From Prochlorococcus marinus str. NATL2A (GTDB lineage Bacteria; Cyanobacteriota; Cyanobacteriia; PCC-6307; Cyanobiaceae), in contig NC_007335.2 of NCBI RefSeq assembly GCF_000012465.1, positions 990,001 through 1,022,000 on the forward strand: a stretch of DNA of 32,000 nucleotides, written 5' to 3'. Each line of letters begins with the position of its first letter. Within the stretch, counting starts at the first letter, position 1. Below the pieces are notes generated by a model that did no database searches, was not told the DNA's origin, and saw only the letters and a program-made list of their open reading frames with translations. A program made the position numbers and the translations under genes. This document shows positions 25,058-32,000 of this stretch, piece by piece.

Positions 25058-25264
25058 TTAATTCTCAGAATTAATCTCTTTGACTTCATTAATTAATCGC
25101 TCTTTTCGTTCAAGCGTAATAAATCCAAGAGATTCACACTCATTAATGTCTTGAATTGGATCAGATAGTCCATCGTGTTTCTCTAGCCATCCCTCAGTGC
25201 ATCCTTTACACGCTAATTCATTTAATTCACTAGCCAATGACCTTGCTTTCAAGTTATCCATCAA
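25058..25264 (-). CDS. small acidic hypothetical protein with CxxC, 68 aa
   Basis: MMDNLKARSLASELNELACKGCTEGWLEKHDG...NECESLGF. It is the first gene of a tightly packed minus-strand cluster. Confidence 0.6.
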   Translation of the reverse strand: MMDNLKARSLASELNELACKGCTEGWLEKHDGLSDPIQDINECESLGFITLERKERLINEVKEINSEN

Positions 25265-25424
25265 TAAAATTTAAATACTTCTTTCTCTCTACTTTACAGT
25301 CATTCAATAACTCAAGGAAAAATCAATTCGCTTTATTCAACAAAATTGCAAAGTTAAAAATTTTAACCTGTTAATAGATAAGTGGCATCAAAGAAAATAA
25401 GAAGCAAAAAGTCAAGAAAGGAGC

Positions 25425-25619
25425 TTATGCAGCTTCCTTTTTGAATTCCCTATAAATAGAAATATCTATAGGTCTATTCACATCGGATTGAAAATCAACA
25501 ATGTCTTGATAAATCTCATTAGGTAAAGGATCCATTTCGCATCTTGAATAACATTTGTTGTTGTCAATCTTTTTCAGTGAAAACCTGTTGCTTAGGCGCT
25601 TAAAGATAAACAATGTCAC
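25425..25619 (-). CDS. small hypothetical ORF (GTG start; an ATG-initiated 36-aa version is also possible)
   Basis: 64-aa ORF. The C-terminal part MDPLPNEIYQDIVDFQSDVNRPIDISIYREFKKEAA looks protein-like, while the N-terminal part is doubtful. Confidence 0.3.
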   Translation of the reverse strand: MTLFIFKRLSNRFSLKKIDNNKCYSRCEMDPLPNEIYQDIVDFQSDVNRPIDISIYREFKKEAA

Positions 25620-25790
25620 AATGCAACTTTATTTAGTTATATCGTTAGAAGCTGCTAATGCAATACGCAAAAGTACTAGCCTTCTCGATTAATCGAGTGA
25701 GTAGTTATTACTATTATTTTTTTTTGTAGTAATTGCCACTTCAGACCATTTTGTAAAAAGAGCAATATTGAAATAGAAGATTAAACAAAA

Positions 25791-25952
25791 ATGACTTTAT
25801 CTCCAAATGAGATGACTCCATACATAAGAAAAATTCAACAAAAGTTTGATGAAGCTCAAACCTTTTTAGAGAAAAATGGTTTTCACCAAGCTACAAAAGG
25901 TCTTTTACAAGATATCCAAGATGCTAACGGCATAGATAAAAAAACAAGATAA
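25791..25952 (+). CDS. small helical hypothetical protein, 53 aa
   Basis: Hand-translated: MTLSPNEMTPYIRKIQQKFDEAQTFLEKNGFHQATKGLLQDIQDANGIDKKTR. Confidence 0.4.
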   Translation: MTLSPNEMTPYIRKIQQKFDEAQTFLEKNGFHQATKGLLQDIQDANGIDKKTR

Positions 25953-26048
25953 TATACTCCCCATACGATGTGATAGAAGACAACAAAGCTTTAGAAAGTT
26001 AAGTAAAATGGTAGACATATATATCCTCTACTATTCACTTACTGATCC

Positions 26049-26345
26049 ATGGCAACAGAAATAACTGTTTTAGACTTCAAGCTTAGCAATACTTTTTCAG
26101 AGTATTGCACTCATATGAATGCCCCAAAGCAGCAGGCGATGTTTAAAGAGATGGGTGTCAAAACTTTTTATATCGGTGAATCTATGGGAGACTCTAAAAG
26201 AGCAACTGTTATGTTTGAAGGACCAGAGAATGTTTTATATAATATTTTCACCAGTCCTGAAACAAAGCCTATTGTTGAAGCCTCTGGTCATATCTATGAA
26301 GGAACAAAAATTACAAGATGGATAAACAATTGTCCAAACTGCTAA
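26049..26345 (+). CDS. small alpha+beta hypothetical protein, family B, with C-terminal CPNC
   Basis: 98 aa and paralogous to 11434..11745. Internal ORF 26119..26325 is rejected. Confidence 0.7.
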   Translation: MATEITVLDFKLSNTFSEYCTHMNAPKQQAMFKEMGVKTFYIGESMGDSKRATVMFEGPENVLYNIFTSPETKPIVEASGHIYEGTKITRWINNCPNC

Positions 26346-26364
26346 TTTTCCCATGTTGAAGGTT

Positions 26365-26515
26365 CTTATAAAATCGTATCTGGAATCATAGGTATTGAAT
26401 GTTTTTTGCCGTCTGGGCTTACATAGATATTCTCTTTTCCATATTCTGTATCAACGATTTTTTCAAAATGAGTCCCCTCAGGAAGATGTAAAAAATATTT
26501 TTGTGCTCTGTTCAT
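26365..26515 (-). pseudogene. small ORF interrupted at an A7 run (49 aa if one A is removed)
   Basis: As written it reads MNRAQKYFLHLPEGTHFEKNR*. Removing one A from the run (plus-strand T7 at 26457-26463) gives MNRAQKYFLHLPEGTHFEKIVDTEYGKENIYVSPDGKKHSIPMIPDTIL. Confidence 0.3.
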
Positions 26516-26595
26516 TTTATTAATACGGCTATTTAAAAATAACTAGGATATTTACCAACGACAACAAATTGACTGTTTTATGAAAGTTTTGGTAG

Positions 26596-26928
26596 CTAAC
26601 TATTTAATTTTTCTAAAGCAGTTAATAATTTTCCCACTCTAGTTCCATTAACTCCAAGATCTCCACCACCATATCTTGATGCCGATTTAATTTGAATCTT
26701 CTTACCGATTTTTAAAATCTCCAAGTCATCTGGAAATCTGAAAATCAAACTACGACAAACGGCTTTCCAATAATTTTCATTACTCTCTAAAACATTGGTT
26801 CTAGGAATATTCTGAGCAATCGTGACAAGTTGATCAAATGTCTTTTCAACATCCTCAAATTCTTTCTGAAAAAAAACGCAATTCAGAGGGTTAAGACAGG
26901 GACTAAGACCTGATTTAGAGTCTGTCAT
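26596..26928 (-). CDS. DUF1499 family protein
   Basis: 110 aa. The N-terminal LSPCLNPLNCV resembles the DUF1499 C..PNCV motif, and the SASRYGGGDLGVN segment also fits. Confidence 0.65.
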   Translation of the reverse strand: MTDSKSGLSPCLNPLNCVFFQKEFEDVEKTFDQLVTIAQNIPRTNVLESNENYWKAVCRSLIFRFPDDLEILKIGKKIQIKSASRYGGGDLGVNGTRVGKLLTALEKLNS

Positions 26929-27189
26929 ATTTTCTATGAGTTCACATATTGATCATCACAAAAAGTTTATCGTCCTTGTGGTCTTTTTTTAATAAATTTA
27001 TTACTCAGTGATGTCTAGTTCTCTCTACCTAAAATACCCACGCAAAAAAGAATCTTCGATTAAGTTGACATCTATCGATCTTTAAAAATGAAACGTTTAG
27101 ATAAAGCAGGAATGATGCTTATTGTATACAGTGTGGCATCGACACTTCCTTATCAGTTTCATTATCTTTCTTCTATGAGTTAAATCAAG

Positions 27190-27741
27190 TTAATCCCTCT
27201 CTCTATAAATAGTACTAATTAAAGGCCTTTTGATTAAAGGCGGCTTAGTTCCATATCCAATCCATATAAAACCAACAATTTCCTCTTCACTTGGATTTAT
27301 CTCTGCGATTTGATAGGTATTAGGATCAGTAGTAATCTTTCCTGTTGACCACTTGCAACCAACATCATCAGCTACTAGTGAAAGCGACAAGTTTTGAATA
27401 GCGCAGGCACAAGCAGCATAATCTTCGAGTTTTTGAACTTGATTATCCGTACATACTTGAGTAGCAATAAGCAAATGGGAAGGGTTTAAAAATTTGTCTC
27501 TTATCTTTTTTAAATTAGAATCATCTATTGGCTTTTCACCAAACTTTAGAGTCAGCTGTAGTTGATATAAAAGTTCCCGTTTTTTCATCCCAATGTTGGT
27601 AAAGCGCCATGGGAAAGTCCTTCTATGACAAGGCGCTTGATTAGCTGCAACTATCGACTTTTCAATTACTTCTCTTGGCACACTTTTGTTTGAAAAGATA
27701 TGAATTGTCCTTCGTTTTTTAATTGCTTGAGCTATTTCCAT
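27190..27741 (-). CDS. nitroreductase family protein
   Basis: The KKRRTIHIFSNKSVPREVIEKSIVAANQAPCHRRTFPWRF signature (RR..R.F...APS...QPW) is present. Length is 183 aa. Confidence 0.85.
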   Translation of the reverse strand: MEIAQAIKKRRTIHIFSNKSVPREVIEKSIVAANQAPCHRRTFPWRFTNIGMKKRELLYQLQLTLKFGEKPIDDSNLKKIRDKFLNPSHLLIATQVCTDNQVQKLEDYAACACAIQNLSLSLVADDVGCKWSTGKITTDPNTYQIAEINPSEEEIVGFIWIGYGTKPPLIKRPLISTIYRERD

Positions 27742-27889
27742 GATTTTTTCTAGAAGATATTAACTAAGGTGTACGCCATAACGAGATTTCCGTGGCAATC
27801 TGACTAGAGAAATGAAAAAATAAAAAAGTTTAAGTAACCCTACTTGAATCTTAGCTCAAAAAAACTAGGGTTTGTACAAGAATTACTTG

Positions 27890-28159
27890 TTAAGCAACTT
27901 GATCAAGAACTACTTTAGTAGGTTTTGAGAATATGGAGACTACTTGTCCCATGGGTGTCTTAAACACGCGTTCGATAATTTCTCCATCAATCATAATTAA
28001 TTTCGTATTCAAGGATCCAGCAGGTAAATTTGCAGATTTGTTTTTTAGAATATGCTTTAGCTCTGGGTACTGATCATTAGGTTTAAGAACATCTTTTAAA
28101 TCAGGGTGCAGCTCAAAAATTGAGTCATCAAAGGCCTTAAACTTTTTCGTTAAAACCAT
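27890..28159 (-). CDS. hypothetical protein, family E
   Basis: 89 aa and paralogous to the partial ORF at 31857..32000 (MV..KK.K.F, PDLK, LP.GS.NTK....GEI.E). Confidence 0.65.
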   Translation of the reverse strand: MVLTKKFKAFDDSIFELHPDLKDVLKPNDQYPELKHILKNKSANLPAGSLNTKLIMIDGEIIERVFKTPMGQVVSIFSKPTKVVLDQVA

Positions 28160-28321
28160 AGTATTAGATAACTGTACGAACGACTTTTAACCTAATAAAC
28201 TCTTGTCGTAAAGAGTATTTAAACCAAAATAAAACAAAAATTAATATGACTTAAAAAAAGCTTTAATGGAAAAATTCATACTAAAGAAACCCCACCACTA
28301 GCTCAAGAAGAAAACTAGTTA

Positions 28322-28498
28322 TTAGTTTCTCGTAGCATCAATCACTCGCTTAGCATGATGAGAAATAGACGTGACCTCAGTACTCCTATCATTTAATACT
28401 GACTGAGTAAAAACAGTAATAGCAGCAATACTCGGTGTAATTGGTAAAAACATAAACAAAGCTAACAAAGTACTGTTAGGCCTAAATAATCGTTGCAT
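28322..28498 (-). CDS. small exported or anchored protein, 58 aa
   Basis: Hand-translated: MQRLFRPNSTLLALFMFLPITPSIAAITVFTQSVLNDRSTEVTSISHHAKRVIDATRN. Confidence 0.4.
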   Translation of the reverse strand: MQRLFRPNSTLLALFMFLPITPSIAAITVFTQSVLNDRSTEVTSISHHAKRVIDATRN

Positions 28499-28834
28499 TC
28501 ATTTTTTATATATCGAATAATATTCTCAACAACATTTAGGTGAGTTGCGTGTACGGGTTACCTAGAATAAAAGCTATTAGTTTGACCTGTAATACCATCT
28601 AAAAACTTTGGGTCTTTTCCAGAGCATTGAATAAATAGCTTCAAGTGCCTTTTGAGTTTTAGGAAGCTTGCAGCTAGGCCATGACCGTTGAGTAATCATC
28701 ATGATTATTTCGGAGTCATTTTTATTTCTACATCGGATACCACCCATAAAACCAGAGCAATAAAACTCAAGCAAAAATACGTACAACCAAAACTCATCAA
28801 CAGATGGATATTCGTAGAAAAATAAAGACAAAAA

Positions 28835-28861
28835 AGAGGGGGGCAATCAATGCCCCCCTCT
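28835..28861. terminator. strong bidirectional rho-independent terminator
   Basis: Perfect 11-bp GC-rich stem AGAGGGGGGCA / TGCCCCCCTCT with a 5-nt loop. It is flanked by A5 on the left and T6 on the right, and lies 19 nt downstream of the DUF4278 stop codon. Confidence 0.8.
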
Positions 28862-28879
28862 TTTTTAAACACCTTCAAA

Positions 28880-29050
28880 TTACTTTTGGTATGTATTACC
28901 TCTGTAAGTTAAGGATGCTTGCACCTGCTTTTTAGCATCTGCTTGCCTTGATTTGTAGACGTTACTTCTGTAACTAAGTTCTACAACTTCTTTTGGAGTA
29001 GCTTCTTTATGTTGAAGGTACTCTTTTCCTCTGTAAGTAAGAACAGTCAT
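28880..29050 (-). CDS. DUF4278 family protein, 56 aa
   Basis: Hand-translated: MTVLTYRGKEYLQHKEATPKEVVELSYRSNVYKSRQADAKKQVQASLTYRGNTYQK. The repeated (L/S)(T/S)YRG..Y motif is typical of cyanobacterial DUF4278. Confidence 0.7.
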   Translation of the reverse strand: MTVLTYRGKEYLQHKEATPKEVVELSYRSNVYKSRQADAKKQVQASLTYRGNTYQK

Positions 29051-29255
29051 TGCTCTTTCCCGTAGTGCCCAAGACCCCGTTCCATGTCTCGAGTCTTACT
29101 GCAGCTTTGTTTTCAGCTGAACGTGTATTAAAAATAACAGAAATCTTCCTGAAACGATGTTCCTAGTGATACATAAAACAGTGAATTTTGTAGTATTAAC
29201 CGAAATAGTTGCATTTCTTACTAGAAAGGAGCCTTGAATCAGGAAGATAAGTTAA

Positions 29256-29437
29256 CTATTTATCCTCCTCTTTTTCTTTCTTAAACTTAAACCAACCTTC
29301 CTCCTTGATTCCTCTTTTTACAGAAGTTATTAAAGCACCAAGAAAAAAGGTCCTAAAAAGGCAAAAATGATCAGAGAAAATAACTGCAAAAATCCAGATT
29401 TAACATAATCTTGAAAAATCGAATCAAATGATTCCAT
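29256..29437 (-). pseudogene. small membrane protein ORF split at a T6 run (60 aa if one T is added)
   Basis: Frame a reads MESFDSIFQDYVKSGFLQLFSLIIFAFLGPFFLVL*. A shifted frame continues LGALITSVKRGIKEEGWFKFKKEKEEDK*. The junction is at CCTTTTTTC (plus-strand A6 at 29343-29348). Confidence 0.4.
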
Positions 29438-29443
29438 ACCACT

Positions 29444-29575
29444 TCAAGAAGGTAGACCATTTAGTAACCATACAAACGCCTCATTATTAAGAACCCAATT
29501 TCTAAGTACTAATATCACTATTAGATTAATCAAAAGAAGAACGAACAAACGAAGCTTTGGATCCTCAATCCCCAT
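29444..29575 (-). CDS. small TM peptide, 43 aa
   Basis: Hand-translated: MGIEDPKLRLFVLLLINLIVILVLRNWVLNNEAFVWLLNGLPS. Its stop lies 6 nt before the next minus-strand ATG at 29437. Confidence 0.35.
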   Translation of the reverse strand: MGIEDPKLRLFVLLLINLIVILVLRNWVLNNEAFVWLLNGLPS

Positions 29576-29699
29576 AGATCTATTTTAATTTTGTCTTTTA
29601 AGTAACATCAATTAAATAAGTTAACACTCTAGTATCTATAGGAAATTGAATAGGAAACAAAAGAAAGTGTATGAAGTTATCAGTACTATGAATAATTTT

Positions 29700-29957
29700 T
29701 CAATCCAATTTAAACGGCCTACCACCCTTACTTAAATAATCCATATATTTATCAGACTCTCTGAGGTAATAATTCCTGCTTTGCCCTATATATTGAGCTT
29801 CAATTAACAGATCAGTAACTTCAGGCCAAAAAGATTCAGGAACCAACTCGAGAGGGTTGATTGCATTAGGATTCCAATTCAACTCAGTCAAAAATAGAAA
29901 CCAAATCGACTTGCACCTATTGAAATCAGATAAACAACCTGAATTCATATTATTCAT
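29700..29957 (-). CDS. hypothetical protein, 85 aa, translationally coupled to purT
   Basis: Its start overlaps the purT stop by 8 nt (29950-29957). The composition is clean and Trp-rich. Confidence 0.65.
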   Translation of the reverse strand: MNNMNSGCLSDFNRCKSIWFLFLTELNWNPNAINPLELVPESFWPEVTDLLIEAQYIGQSRNYYLRESDKYMDYLSKGGRPFKLD

Positions 29958-31113
29958 TTATGAATTGGACTGATTGCGCTGCATTGTCGGCTTTAATTCT
30001 TGCCTCGTCGATTGTTTCAGCCTTTGCTACGGCTACTCCCATTCGACGACCTTCCGTTGAGCTCGGCTTGCCAAACATGAATACATTTGTATTCGATTGG
30101 CTTAAGGCTTGCTCAAGTCCCGTAAAAGCAACGTCTGTGGTTTCCATGGAAGCCAAAATCACTCTACTTGCAGAAGCTTCATGGCAAACTATTTCTGGGA
30201 TTGGGATACCTAAAACAGCTCTAAGGTGTAATTCAAACTCATTTAAATTTTGGCTAATCAAAGTTACTAAGCCTGTGTCATGCGGTCTTGGTGATAGCTC
30301 TGAAAAAATCACCTCCTCACCCTTAATAAAAAATTCAACTCCAAACAAACCTACTCCACCAAGATTATCGGTAACACGTTTGGCAATCTGTTGAGCCTTC
30401 TCTAAGACACTTTCAGTTAATTCAGCTGGTTGCCAACTACATTGATAATCTCCATTTTTTTGCTCATGTCCTATAGGAGCACAAAATAATGTCTTACCAT
30501 TAGATTGTCTAATAGTTAATAAAGTAATTTCCAAATCAAAATCAATAAATTCTTCTAATATGATTTTATTTGATTTACCTCTTGATTTTTCAATAGCCAA
30601 ATTCCAAGCCTGTGCTAAATCATTCTTATTTTTAACTAAGCTTTGCCCTTTACCCGAAGAACTCATGACTGGCTTAATTAATAAAGGATACCCAATCGTC
30701 TCTGCATGCAAATCAAGCTCAGATTGATTAACCGCATAACTAAATTTTGCAGTTCTTATATTTAATTCGTTAGAAGCCAAATCTCTAATTTTATCTCTAT
30801 TCATTGTTATTGCAGTAGCTCTTGAGTTGGGTATTACTGTTATCTTTTGTTCGATTTCCTTTAGTACATCAACTGCAAGAGCCTCAATTTCAGGAATAAT
30901 AATATCAGGATTACATTTATATATCACTTCTTTTAATTCACTACCGTTATTCATATTAAATACATTAAATTGATCAGCTATTTGCATTGCTGGAGCATCA
31001 TTGTACCTATCACATGCAATAACATAACAACCTAATCTCTTTGCTGCTATTGCTACCTCTTTCCCCAATTCTCCACTACCTAAAAGCATTATTTTCTTTG
31101 GAAAAACATTCAT
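29950..31113 (-). CDS. purT: formate-dependent phosphoribosylglycinamide formyltransferase (GAR transformylase 2)
   Basis: 387 aa. The N-terminal KIMLLGSGELGKEVAIAAKRLG, an ATP-grasp core (PLLIKPVMSSSGKGQS, EEFIDFD) and SPRPHDTG are all typical of PurT. Confidence 0.93.
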   Translation of the reverse strand: MNVFPKKIMLLGSGELGKEVAIAAKRLGCYVIACDRYNDAPAMQIADQFNVFNMNNGSELKEVIYKCNPDIIIPEIEALAVDVLKEIEQKITVIPNSRATAITMNRDKIRDLASNELNIRTAKFSYAVNQSELDLHAETIGYPLLIKPVMSSSGKGQSLVKNKNDLAQAWNLAIEKSRGKSNKIILEEFIDFDLEITLLTIRQSNGKTLFCAPIGHEQKNGDYQCSWQPAELTESVLEKAQQIAKRVTDNLGGVGLFGVEFFIKGEEVIFSELSPRPHDTGLVTLISQNLNEFELHLRAVLGIPIPEIVCHEASASRVILASMETTDVAFTGLEQALSQSNTNVFMFGKPSSTEGRRMGVAVAKAETIDEARIKADNAAQSVQFINE

Positions 31114-31480
31114 AATTATGTATAGGTCAAAAAAAATATATAAATATAATATCTCTAAAACAGAATCAATTATTAGAAAAAGAAGTAGAAATTAACAAGC
31201 ACACATGATTGAAGATGAGAAAAAATCCGATATAGGCAATTAACAGAGACACTGAAGTGGCGGGGGAGGGTTTTCTCAGTTCATCAGTGTACTTGACACT
31301 TATTGACAACTCAATTGATCAATCGCTGGTTAATTTTTAATTAGTTAAGTTAGCCATTTCAACCACCTCAAATAATATTTTGATTACTACTTCTGAGTAT
31401 TGCAATGGTGTTGATTGTAGACATTACCTACAACCAATCTGGCAACTATGGAAACGACCTTTAGGACAAACCTAAAAAAA

Positions 31481-31735
31481 TTATTCCTTTTTATAACCGC
31501 GTTTTAACCATTTTTCTCTCACTATTTTTGGACTAACAACTGCATATCCAATCCAAACGATCCACCCTAAAAAGAAAGACCACAAAAATAATCCCACTGC
31601 AAAATTTGCCAAGGCATGTCCTATTTCACCAACACATAGAAAGAAGATAGGTCCAAAAAGGAAGGCACCTAAAAACACTTTCCAGTTGATAACGACTACT
31701 TTGTGGCCGTTAGATGGATTATAAAATTCAGGCAT
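31481..31735 (-). CDS. small membrane protein, 84 aa (DUF2628-like by recollection)
   Basis: The N-terminal segment MPEFYNPSNGH.....NW is followed by two TM helices and a basic C-terminus. Confidence 0.6.
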   Translation of the reverse strand: MPEFYNPSNGHKVVVINWKVFLGAFLFGPIFFLCVGEIGHALANFAVGLFLWSFFLGWIVWIGYAVVSPKIVREKWLKRGYKKE

Positions 31736-31856
31736 TACTTTAATCTATTGATACAATTTTTACATTAGTCCTATAAAGAGATGATTGGCAGTAAAAGCTC
31801 TTTACGAGTGGAGAAAAGTTAGTTAAAAGGAAAGAATAACTTCGACTTACTTAGTA

Positions 31857-32000
31857 ATGGTTGCTATGAAAAAAATTAAAGACTTCCGTGATTTGGAACA
31901 GTTCCCAGATTTAAAAGAAGCTCTTGTACCAGCTATTAAGACATTACCCTCCGGATCAATGAATACTAAAGTAGTCATTAGTGAAGGCGAAATTGTAGAA
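31857..32000 (+). CDS. 5' part of a family E hypothetical protein, running off the right edge
   Basis: MVAMKKIKDFRDLEQFPDLKEALVPAIKTLPSGSMNTKVVISEGEIVE aligns with the N-terminal two thirds of 27890..28159. Confidence 0.6.
   Translation, partial: MVAMKKIKDFRDLEQFPDLKEALVPAIKTLPSGSMNTKVVISEGEIVE

Noticed and set aside
24856-25074. 72-aa plus-strand ORF
   Set aside because: It is antisense to 24789..25052, which belongs to a tightly spaced minus-strand operon.
28577-28846. 89-aa minus-strand ORF
   Set aside because: Its first codons lie inside the strong terminator hairpin at 28835..28861, and its N-terminal half has odd composition. A shorter basic product from an internal Met cannot be excluded, but I have no support for it.
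29960-30394. 144-aa plus-strand ORF
   Set aside because: It is antisense to purT.
31114-31480. Purine riboswitch upstream of purT
   Set aside because: I could not find the conserved junction and loop sequences of the purine riboswitch on the purT-sense strand.
1-32000. tRNA genes, CRISPR arrays, IS elements, integrases
   Set aside because: I saw no cloverleaf-compatible GTTCRANNC T-loop context, no regularly spaced direct repeats, and no ORF with transposase or recombinase motifs. Only the 15-nt tRNA-3'-like repeat at 7239/7384 was kept as a finding.

Overview
The window is AT-rich (roughly 35% GC by eye) chromosomal DNA. Its gene content points to a marine picocyanobacterium, most likely Prochlorococcus; this is inferred from families, not from a search. 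Recognisable housekeeping or conserved genes include purT, a LOG-family protein, DUF1330, MAPEG, a Cas4/RecB-like PD-(D/E)XK nuclease next to an SRAP (MCGR) protein, and an AEC transporter. Others are a rhomboid protease, PAP/fibrillin, a COG1233 carotenoid-isomerase-like FAD oxidoreductase, CIA30, GH57, DUF1499, nitroreductase and DUF4278. Between these lie very many small ORFs of 30-100 aa, a number of them below the 60-aa cutoff of the ORF track and read by hand. Many are N-terminally anchored single-pass membrane proteins or Cys-pair proteins, and they fall into at least six paralogous families within the window. I found no rRNA, full-length tRNA, CRISPR array, transposase or integrase. 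The items most worth follow-up are: (1) a two-gene cassette present twice (small WW-motif membrane anchor plus a roughly 95-aa KHIC/EGSSWIT protein); (2) two old, strongly conserved copies of a histone-H1/AT-hook-like gene that share a structured 3' element with compensatory base changes; (3) a 740-bp non-coding stretch holding a 15-nt direct repeat, a G9 tract, a terminator and a 29-aa hydrophobic ORF; (4) a pair of CP12-C-terminus-like mini-proteins; (5) a tightly packed minus-strand operon of small unknown proteins. All functional names come from motif recognition by eye, and no database search was possible.
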